From positions 1 to 21,484 of the forward strand of contig NJBH01000050.1 in the NCBI GenBank assembly GCA_005223125.1: DNA of 21,484 nt, read 5' to 3'. The position numbers and the translations under genes are program-made. The notes below the pieces were generated by a model that was not told the origin of the DNA, searched no databases, and was given only the letters and a program-made list of their open reading frames with translations. Of the stretch, positions 14,603 through 21,484 are shown one piece after another. Position 1 is the first letter of the stretch. Every line of letters begins with the position of its first letter. Origin of the DNA: Promethearchaeota archaeon Loki_b32 (GTDB lineage: Archaea; Asgardarchaeota; Lokiarchaeia; Sigyniarchaeales; SOKP01).

Positions 14603-15288
14603 TTGAGTTCTATTCCACAATTTTTACAAACTTTATCCTTTATAGTATTTTTATCATAACCACATGCAAAACAAATCAAATTATTTCCATTTTTTGGTTG
14701 TTCAAAATCTACCCTTGTTACTGGTTTAGGGTCTTCTTCCGAAGCCTTTTGTTTTCCTGGCTTAAAAAAACCCTTTTCTGAGGCTTTTGCATGTTGCTTT
14801 TTAACAAAATCTTCATCATGAGGAGTAATTATAGTAAACTCATCTGAAGTTTCAATCTCCTTAAATCCTTTTGTTAAGTTTTTTAATTCGGAATCTTCAA
14901 CAATACTAAGTTGACTTTTATTAGTTGATTTAATTGCTGAAATTTCATCTATTTTTTCCTCATGTAAATGAGGTTCCTCAGTTTGAGCAATCTCGGGTAA
15001 AACTTCTGTATCAGAAACTTCTTGTGGCACTTGTGAATTTTGGATATATATTTCTTCTTTAATTTGATTCTCTTTTAAGTTTTTTATATGAGCAAAGATA
15101 CCTTTTGTACGATTAATAATCATATTTTTGAACAGTGGGTCGATTTTCGGAGATTTTGAAAAATTAAGTGCCATTTCAGATATTTTTATCCATTGTTGGA
15201 TTGCTGCTTGAATCTCACCCTTTATTTCATATGTCTTAGCAATTGCAATCATTTTTCCAAGCTCTTTATTAAAATTCGTAATGTCCAT
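14599..15288 (-). CDS. Hypothetical protein: N-terminal MIT-like three-helix domain, acidic linker, C-terminal zinc ribbon
   Basis: AIAKTYEIKGEIQAAIQQW...KNMIINRTKGIFAHIKNLK follows the MIT pattern; C-terminal CFAC-x10-CKNC. Stop overlaps the deacetylase stop by 4 nt. Confidence 0.75.
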   Translation of the reverse strand: MDITNFNKELGKMIAIAKTYEIKGEIQAAIQQWIKISEMALNFSKSPKIDPLFKNMIINRTKGIFAHIKNLKENQIKEEIYIQNSQVPQEVSDTEVLPEIAQTEEPHLHEEKIDEISAIKSTNKSQLSIVEDSELKNLTKGFKEIETSDEFTIITPHDEDFVKKQHAKASEKGFFKPGKQKASEEDPKPVTRVDFEQPKNGNNLICFACGYDKNTIKDKVCKNCGIELN

Positions 15289-15446
15289 AAGGGAATCTCT
15301 TAAATCTTCTTTAAAATATAATTTTTACAAATAAATTCTAACTATTAAATCTGATGATGATACATAATTTAATATTTATAATCACTATTAGTTATATAAG
15401 AATATTTACTGTCTCTGAGACTTTTAATTACCTAAGAGCAATTGGT

Positions 15447-17336
15447 ATGTCAATTAATCAATTTTCAATTAATGAGATTAAAACATTAAGGGAATTTATT
15501 GAAAAAAATGGATGGAAGATAGAGGGACACATTGAAAATTACTTTCGATATAGTATAAAAAAGAAGAAAATGGTTCTTTTCACCATCAAATTTCCTATAA
15601 CTCTGCCTATAAGAATTAATATCCCATTTGAAGTTGTAAGCTTTCGAATTTCATTAGCTTTTCAATTTTGGAATTTAAATAAGGATATATATACAAATAT
15701 TCTTTATTTCATGAAAACATTAAGGAATTTAGCCATATCTTTAACTCTTGAACATAATTTCCCTATAGATGGAAAAAAAGAACAGATTAATAATTTATTA
15801 AATCTAATAATTCCAGAACTTATCCATAATGAAAATGAAAGCTCATGGTTAAATCGGATAAGGATATCACTTATGAATAAAAGAGACAAGCTAAAAAACT
15901 TTTCAGAAGAAGAATTAAGCAAAATAAGAGGATCTCTTCAAAATGTAGGATTAAAACCAAGTTTTAAAATACCTTGGGAATTAAAATATGGAATTCCTAA
16001 GATTAGAACCTCTGAAACTTTATTTTTTTCGAATGAAAGTAATCTTGATGAATTCTTTATTTTAGAAAAAGGTTATTTTACTTATTTCAAAGATATTGAA
16101 TATGATAAATTTAGTCTACGGGGTTTATTTGATAGTTATACTCCGTATATTTTAAATGATTTATTTAGTGATATACCAGAGTTTAAATTAGAATTGTTTG
16201 TTGAAAATTGGATTAAATTTACACGCTTAATTTTAAATTCACTAGTAGAAATTATTAAATCAAGAAGTTTTAACCAAACTGAATTGATTAAATTTCGTCC
16301 AACAAAAGAGCTTATATATAATAATCAGGATTTCATAGAAGATAAAAATAATTTCCCCTTCTCAGCATTAAGTTATGAAAGTTCAATTACAAAAGAATTG
16401 TTTAACATTCATAGTGATCTATTTAACAAACCACCATCTAATTTTGAAGTAATAGAATCTATAAACCAATATATTGAAGCCGAAGAATTAATTAAAAACT
16501 ATAGATTTAAAGAAGCGGCTAACATTCTCAATAACGCTTTAATAGTATTTAATAAAAATCAACAAAAGAAAATAGTCGTATCAATCTTACTTAAATTAAG
16601 AAGAATCGCAAAACTTTTAAACCACGAAGACACAGCACTTAATTACTTACAAAATGCACTAGGTGTAGCTAAATCAGGTGAAATTGCAATAGATTTTATT
16701 ATAAAGGTGCACCATAAACTGGGAGTTACTTATTATAAAAGGAAAGAATTTCAAGAAGCGTTAAATCATTTTGAAATTATAATAAATTTTTTAGAAAATG
16801 AAGAAATTTCATTTAATAAAGAGGAGTTCTTAGGTTTAGCATTTCTCTATATTGGACTTATCTATCTTGAAACAGGAAAAGTTGATGAATCAAAAATCTA
16901 TTTCAAAAATGCTTTTCAAATTGGAAACGAAAATTTACAAGTAAAATTAAAATATTGCCTTCTTCGTGCTGTTTACTATAAAAAACAAGGAAATCTAGTA
17001 TTAACTCAAAAATTTTTAAAAGGTGGTTTAGACGCGGTTGGATTAAATTTCGAACACAAAGAGATTCTTAAAGATCAAATAGATATTATTCTTGAAGCTT
17101 CTGAATTCTATATTCATTACAAGAAAGATGCTAAAAAAGCTCATTCCCTGCTAAAGGATCTTGAGAATCGCATATTACTTAAAGAAATAAGTAATATGAA
17201 GAGAGCTATACGTTGGAATCTATTGATGAGCGATTTATATAGAAATTTTAGCGAGAGTCGTGATAAAGCGCTGTTTTATCTGAAACAAAGTCAGAAGTTA
17301 AAAACTCAACTCAACACAATAGGGGTTAGTGAATAA
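15447..17336 (+). CDS. TPR-repeat protein with an uncharacterised, apparently duplicated alpha/beta N-terminal region
   Basis: TPR motifs (HKLGVTYYKRKEFQEALNHFE; LYIGLIYLETGKVDESKIYFKNAF). ATG 15447 (MSINQF) preferred over 15354, whose extension is AT-rich and promoter-like. Confidence 0.8.
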   Translation: MSINQFSINEIKTLREFIEKNGWKIEGHIENYFRYSIKKKKMVLFTIKFPITLPIRINIPFEVVSFRISLAFQFWNLNKDIYTNILYFMKTLRNLAISLTLEHNFPIDGKKEQINNLLNLIIPELIHNENESSWLNRIRISLMNKRDKLKNFSEEELSKIRGSLQNVGLKPSFKIPWELKYGIPKIRTSETLFFSNESNLDEFFILEKGYFTYFKDIEYDKFSLRGLFDSYTPYILNDLFSDIPEFKLELFVENWIKFTRLILNSLVEIIKSRSFNQTELIKFRPTKELIYNNQDFIEDKNNFPFSALSYESSITKELFNIHSDLFNKPPSNFEVIESINQYIEAEELIKNYRFKEAANILNNALIVFNKNQQKKIVVSILLKLRRIAKLLNHEDTALNYLQNALGVAKSGEIAIDFIIKVHHKLGVTYYKRKEFQEALNHFEIIINFLENEEISFNKEEFLGLAFLYIGLIYLETGKVDESKIYFKNAFQIGNENLQVKLKYCLLRAVYYKKQGNLVLTQKFLKGGLDAVGLNFEHKEILKDQIDIILEASEFYIHYKKDAKKAHSLLKDLENRILLKEISNMKRAIRWNLLMSDLYRNFSESRDKALFYLKQSQKLKTQLNTIGVSE

Positions 17337-17349
17337 AACAAAAATTTTC

Positions 17350-17556
17350 TTATCTTCTTTTAAATCGAGCTCTTTTCGCTCCAAGACTCTCTTTTTGACC
17401 TCCAAATCGACCTTTTACAATTCTTTCTGTATATAATTCCCGGAATCGCATTCTTGGAGGCTTTTTCTTGGTAGCATTCACTCCCGTTCGCTGAATCTTA
17501 GGAGTTTGCATCTTGACTTTTCCAGCTTTTGTTAAGGAACCGTGAGAACCAGGCAT
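17350..17556 (-). CDS. rps30e: 30S ribosomal protein eS30
   Basis: HGSLTKAGKVKMQTPKI signature; basic 68-aa protein with no ubiquitin-like fusion. Confidence 0.95.
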   Translation of the reverse strand: MPGSHGSLTKAGKVKMQTPKIQRTGVNATKKKPPRMRFRELYTERIVKGRFGGQKESLGAKRARFKRR

Positions 17557-17734
17557 TTTTTTTATTAACCTATTTTATAATTTGCTTAGTATGATAATAT
17601 TAAAAATTTTTAACTCTTAAATTTTGTCATCTCGCACACTTTTCTTAAAAATTGGTCTCCTATTTTTTATTAAAGTCATTTAATATATTCTTAATTATAC
17701 TTTATTCTATTCTAAAGAGTGATGATAATTTTCT

Positions 17735-17893
17735 ATGTATGATCAAAAAAAAAGTAATGATAATATAGATAAATTAGAAAATAATGAGGAAAAGATTTTG
17801 TATCGTGTTGATAAAATTGTGTGTTTTGCATGTGGAGAAAAAATAAATAAAGATATTACAGAATGTCCCTATTGTAAAATAACTATTAAATGA
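17735..17893 (+). CDS. Small zinc-ribbon protein (52 aa), absent from the ORF track
   Basis: MYDQKKSNDNIDKLENNEEKILYRVDKIVCFACGEKINKDITECPYCKITIK-stop; CxxC-x10-CxxC. Confidence 0.8.
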   Translation: MYDQKKSNDNIDKLENNEEKILYRVDKIVCFACGEKINKDITECPYCKITIK

Positions 17894-17972
17894 CTTTTTT
17901 ATCCGAATATCTTAAAGTTAAAGAAAAATTATGATTTATACAAATTAAATTATTAAAAAAAAAGGCAATTCT

Positions 17973-18467
17973 GTGAGCTATAGTAGTGGAAGGATAAATA
18001 AAAAAAGAAATTTGAGTGTTTGGCTTCTAATCTTTATTGTAATTACAGCCCTCTCTTTTATATTATATCTATTAATCAATCCGATTTGGTGGGTTTTACT
18101 CCCAATAGCTATATTATTAATTGTTGTTATTCAAATGATGTCTCATTATTTCTGGTTAGAAAAGAAAATTTGCCCACGCTGTAATGCCCCTATAACTAAA
18201 TATGGTGATTTTTGTAGAAATTGTGGTCTTAAACTATGGTTTAAGTGTATTTCATGTGGAAAATATATACAATCAAGTACAAAATTTTGCGATAATTGCA
18301 ACATTGAACTTGAACATACTGTAGAAGAAAGAGAAACCTTTGATTATGAAATAGTAAAAGAAGGTTCTCCTTTACCTAAAATGAATAATTATTGTCCTAA
18401 TTGTGGTTCCAAATTAAGCAACCAGGAAAATATTAAATTTTGTGAAGAATGTGGAGAAAAACTATAA
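17973..18467 (+). CDS. Membrane-anchored multi-zinc-ribbon (DZR-like) protein
   Basis: Two N-terminal TM helices, then CPRC/CRNC, CISC/CDNC and CPNC/CEEC pairs. Confidence 0.85.
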   Translation: MSYSSGRINKKRNLSVWLLIFIVITALSFILYLLINPIWWVLLPIAILLIVVIQMMSHYFWLEKKICPRCNAPITKYGDFCRNCGLKLWFKCISCGKYIQSSTKFCDNCNIELEHTVEERETFDYEIVKEGSPLPKMNNYCPNCGSKLSNQENIKFCEECGEKL

Positions 18468-18477
18468 AAATAAATCT

Positions 18478-19050
18478 CTAAGTAATAGATCCATTATTTC
18501 TCTCAGCTCTAAACAAAAATGATAAGATAATCCATAAGACTACATAAATGAAAATATTTCTAATATAGATCGGTAATTCTTCACTATAATAAGCCAACTT
18601 AAGAAAATAAACTGAAAACAGCCAAGAGATATTAATTAGAATTATATAAAAAGCGAACTTTTGTGAAAGAGTCTTCCTTTTCTTCCATATCAAGTAAATA
18701 TCTATAAATATTGGAGTTATATGAATATAGTCATAATAAAGGTGTAAAAAAAACAATTCATAAAAAACTATTATTCCTAAAGGAACAATCGAATAAATTA
18801 GAAAATTGTTTATATATGGATTGTCGCGGAAAATAAGCCATGCTATTGAAAATGAGAAATACCATTGACTTATCGTAAATATAATTATGTTTGTGCCAGG
18901 ATCTCCATGTTGCCTAATTCCATAAAGAAAAGTATCTAAAGGTTGCCATGAGAAAGGGATTAAGAATTGAAAAATTAAGGAAATTACAGTAGCAATCGTT
19001 ATTTGTATTACTGTTATTGTTTTTATATCTAATTTATTAGATTTTACCAT
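18478..19050 (-). CDS. Multi-pass integral membrane protein, unknown function
   Basis: About six hydrophobic segments in 190 aa. Confidence 0.75.
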   Translation of the reverse strand: MVKSNKLDIKTITVIQITIATVISLIFQFLIPFSWQPLDTFLYGIRQHGDPGTNIIIFTISQWYFSFSIAWLIFRDNPYINNFLIYSIVPLGIIVFYELFFLHLYYDYIHITPIFIDIYLIWKKRKTLSQKFAFYIILINISWLFSVYFLKLAYYSEELPIYIRNIFIYVVLWIILSFLFRAERNNGSIT

Positions 19051-19161
19051 TGAAATTCCAATTTTTATATGAATATTATTATTACCAATTTATCTTATAT
19101 ATAAGATTAACAAGAAAAAGATATTTATTTCATACATTCTTTAATAAATTAACTGCTCTAA

Positions 19162-19295
19162 GGGGACTTGGTGTAGTTTTCCAAGCAATATCGCTTAGTA
19201 AGCACAACCCGGTGGCACAGCAGGCTCCAGATCCTACAAGCAAAAGCTGTTCCGTGGACACCTGTCGGTCGGGGGTTCAAATCCCTCAGTCCCCA
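19162..19295 (+). tRNA. trnW: tRNA-Trp (CCA) with two introns (19177-19207 in the D-loop; 19231-19259 or 19232-19260 in the anticodon loop)
   Basis: Acceptor GGGGACT/AGTCCCC+A; D stem GTGT/GCAC; anticodon stem GCAGG/CCTGT with loop CT-CCA-GA; variable CGGTC; T arm GGGGG-TTCAAAT-CCCTC. Removing 31 + 29 nt gives a 74-nt cloverleaf. CCA end not encoded; a T-tract follows. Confidence 0.88.
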
Positions 19296-19323
19296 CTTTT
19301 TCAAATTACTTAGAAAGAAATAT

Positions 19324-19345
19324 TCGTGAAAGCTCGATTTCACGA
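19324..19345. repeat. Inverted repeat (8-bp arms) downstream of the tRNA; possible terminator hairpin or protein-binding site
   Basis: TCGTGAAA-GCTCGA-TTTCACGA followed by T-rich sequence. Confidence 0.45.
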
Positions 19346-19600
19346 TCATTTTATTTTTCATAGCACATTTTTTTTCCAGGACTACTTTTTGAAAGATCTC
19401 TAAGAAAGATTGGAAAAAAACTAAACTTTTTGATAAATTGGAAATAAAAAATTCTCTAGTTTAATAATATTAAGGTTTCTTACTAACACCATTTCCTATA
19501 GTTTTATTTTTATCTTTTTAAAATTGATCTTAAATGATAAAAAAAATAAAGCAATCTGTTAAATATTAATATTAAAAGCAAAAAAAATTATTTTTAAGTC

Positions 19601-19981
19601 ATGTATAAAATTGAAAAAATAGGAGAATTTCACTTTTATTTAAAAGTACTTGGTACTTTTCCTCCTTCTGTTGCGGAAAGATTTATCGAGGATTTTAATG
19701 AAAAGACAAATCAATTGGAAAAATTTTCTGTTATAATTGATGGATTAGACTTTATATTGCTAAACCTTAAATCTTTTGAAATTATATTAGATTTCCTAAA
19801 AAAAAATAATGAGAGGTTAGTTCGATCTTCCTATATTGTTGCAGATAATCCTGTTTTAAATACGGAAATCCAATTTTTATTAGACAGAGCAGAATCTCCT
19901 AAAAGAAAACTTGTCAATAATTTTGATGAAGCAAAAGAATGGATTGGTATAGAAAAAATTGTTATTAAGAAGGATCAATGA
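19601..19981 (+). CDS. STAS/SEC14-like (SpoIIAA-like) domain protein
   Basis: 126 aa; FSVIIDG strand and terminal FDEAKEWI motif typical of the SpoIIAA-like family. Confidence 0.7.
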   Translation: MYKIEKIGEFHFYLKVLGTFPPSVAERFIEDFNEKTNQLEKFSVIIDGLDFILLNLKSFEIILDFLKKNNERLVRSSYIVADNPVLNTEIQFLLDRAESPKRKLVNNFDEAKEWIGIEKIVIKKDQ

Positions 19982-20037
19982 AAATTTTTTAAATAATAAG
20001 TGTTAAAATTTTACCGAATTTATGGTAAATATATATT

Positions 20038-20838
20038 TTAACTTATGTTTAATCTTTTTTTGCATAACTCAATTGCTTTTGGATTATTATCAACGCCAAT
20101 CCAATTTCGATTTAGCCTTTTGGCTACACTTAATGTAGTTCCTGAGCCACAAAAAAAATCAGCTACAAAATCTCCCTCATTTGAAGAGGCTAAGATGATA
20201 CGTTCTAATAATTTTTCTGGTTTTTGAGTAGGGTAGCTAAGATATTCTTTTGATCTAGTGGTTGTTTGAAACGAATAGATATCATTCCAGACATCTCCTA
20301 CTGCATTTCCTGGCTTGTGATCTAAATACTGTTTTCCTCCTCGTCTTTTTCTATAAAGTCGTCCATCCTCATCTTTATAGCGAAACATTTTTTTAATGTA
20401 TTCATCTTTATAAGGAGTAAATTGCTTGTTAAAAGTAAAAATATTTGATTTTGTATAATACAAAATTGTATCATGCTGTCTCACCCATCCTTTTACTTGG
20501 CTTTTAAAACCTGAAACACTCCCTACATTCCATATAATTTCTCTTCTGAAATATTTTCTTCCAAAAACTTGATCACATAAAATTTTTAATTCAAAAACAG
20601 CATTATGATCACAATGGCAATAAAAACTACCTATTTCTTTCAGAGATCGATACATTTCATTAACTCGTATCCTCATAAAATCTAAATACTCATCTAAGGA
20701 GTTCCATAAATCAGAAAATTCCTTATAATCTACTCCACTAAAAAATGGAGGATCTATGTAAATTAAATCAATTGTTTTAGTTTTTAAATTCCTTAAAAGT
20801 TCTAGATTATCTGTTAAGTAAACTGTGTTTAATTTCAT
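20038..20838 (-). CDS. Amino-DNA methyltransferase (N6-adenine/N4-cytosine), beta class
   Basis: Motif IV IYIDPPF at the N-terminus, YPTQKPEKLLERII, and motif I DFFCGSGTT at the C-terminus. Confidence 0.93.
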   Translation of the reverse strand: MKLNTVYLTDNLELLRNLKTKTIDLIYIDPPFFSGVDYKEFSDLWNSLDEYLDFMRIRVNEMYRSLKEIGSFYCHCDHNAVFELKILCDQVFGRKYFRREIIWNVGSVSGFKSQVKGWVRQHDTILYYTKSNIFTFNKQFTPYKDEYIKKMFRYKDEDGRLYRKRRGGKQYLDHKPGNAVGDVWNDIYSFQTTTRSKEYLSYPTQKPEKLLERIILASSNEGDFVADFFCGSGTTLSVAKRLNRNWIGVDNNPKAIELCKKRLNIS

Positions 20839-21261
20839 ATGAAAGTTAAAAAATTATTGAGATTAAATTATATTAGGGAAAAAGAACGATTAAATAAGAA
20901 TTTCTTGCATGAATTCAAGGAGTACGATTTTTCACATATAGATGAATCTAAAATTTTTTTAGTCGGATCTATTAAATTCAGAGATTATTTTGTTAAAATC
21001 GAATCTATTTTACAAATACTTTATGATAAGTTAGTAACGATTTGTTCTATCGATGGGCTCTTAAACAAAGAGAAATTTGCTTCTAAAGAATGGGATATTT
21101 TACAGAAGATAGCTCTAAAAAAGTTACAATATCAAGAAGCAATTCTAGTTTTGGACGTTAATGATTATGTAGGAGAGCACTCAAAAGAAGAAATAGAATA
21201 TTTTAGCGTAAAATTGAAAAGGCCAATTTATTATTTGTCAAAATTAAAAAAACCCAAATAG
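20839..21261 (+). CDS. Nucleoside 2-deoxyribosyltransferase-like protein
   Basis: KIFLVGS..F, KKL...EAILVLDVNDYVGEHSKEEIEY, K.PIYYL match the NDT-superfamily pattern, including the putative catalytic Glu. Confidence 0.6.
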   Translation: MKVKKLLRLNYIREKERLNKNFLHEFKEYDFSHIDESKIFLVGSIKFRDYFVKIESILQILYDKLVTICSIDGLLNKEKFASKEWDILQKIALKKLQYQEAILVLDVNDYVGEHSKEEIEYFSVKLKRPIYYLSKLKKPK

Positions 21262-21357
21262 CCTTATATCTAATTTTATTTTAAGTCGGTTAGGCGAAAT
21301 AAATCATTAAATTGAGTATCTCGCTATATTTTAAATTAAAGGTTGAATTTAAGATGT

Positions 21358-21484
21358 ATGGAAATGTTCCAAATTTTTTGGGACGAACATAATAAACTAT
21401 TTTTAGAATTCAAGAAAACTCAAGAAGAACAACTTTTATTTCTTCCTGAAACAATAAAACGATTATCATTACAATTTGAAATTT
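21358..21484 (+). CDS. Partial ORF, runs off the window end
   Basis: ATG 21358: MEMFQIFWDEHNKLFLEFKKTQEEQLLFLPETIKRLSLQFEI..., open to the end of the window. Confidence 0.5.
   Translation, partial: MEMFQIFWDEHNKLFLEFKKTQEEQLLFLPETIKRLSLQFEI

Noticed and set aside
19162-19295. tRNA-Sec or a UGA-suppressor tRNA serving the selD genes
   Set aside because: The anticodon is CCA, with a 7-bp acceptor stem and a 5-nt variable loop, not the long-armed tRNA-Sec fold. U11-A24 and a G27.U43 wobble are present but are not sufficient evidence of UGA reading.
19050-19361. Track ORFs 19050..19313 (+) and 19158..19361 (-)
   Set aside because: They overlap the tRNA gene and are shadow ORFs.
13882-19981. 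Sec readthrough at the TGA stops of 13342..13884, 17735..17893 and 19601..19981
   Set aside because: No redox-motif context, the extensions are short and uninformative, and I saw no SECIS-like element downstream.
3046-20227. Short antisense ORFs at 3046, 5870, 15704 and 20045
   Set aside because: Each is fully nested opposite a well-supported gene.
1-21484. CRISPR array, IS element or provirus
   Set aside because: I saw no regularly spaced repeats, transposase, integrase or viral structural genes.

Overview
AT-rich archaeal chromosomal segment, most consistent with an Asgard archaeon (Lokiarchaeia/Promethearchaeota-like). This is inferred from eS30, a NOG1 GTPase, the methanofuran genes mfnF/mfnE, an intron-containing tRNA, many TPR/HEAT/zinc-ribbon proteins and eukaryote-type SECIS elements. 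The main feature is a tandem pair of selenophosphate synthetase (selD) paralogs that the ORF track truncates. Each starts upstream, after a GAGGTGA Shine-Dalgarno, and reads through an in-frame TGA at the catalytic position (G-U-N-C-K; G-U-S-C-K). Each is followed immediately after its stop by a eukaryote-like SECIS (AUGA...AAA...UGA). Both SECIS copies carry an extra 6-bp hairpin whose sequence differs but whose pairing is fully kept. Also present: a tRNA-Trp(CCA) with two introns (a D-loop intron with a bulge-helix-bulge motif and an anticodon-loop intron), a 980-aa HEAT/coiled-coil/winged-helix/Ig-like protein with adaptin-like architecture, MIT-like proteins, small ORFs missed by the track, and a DNA methyltransferase head-to-head (zero spacing) with a nucleoside deoxyribosyltransferase-like gene. 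All calls are by eye from motifs; no database searches were run.
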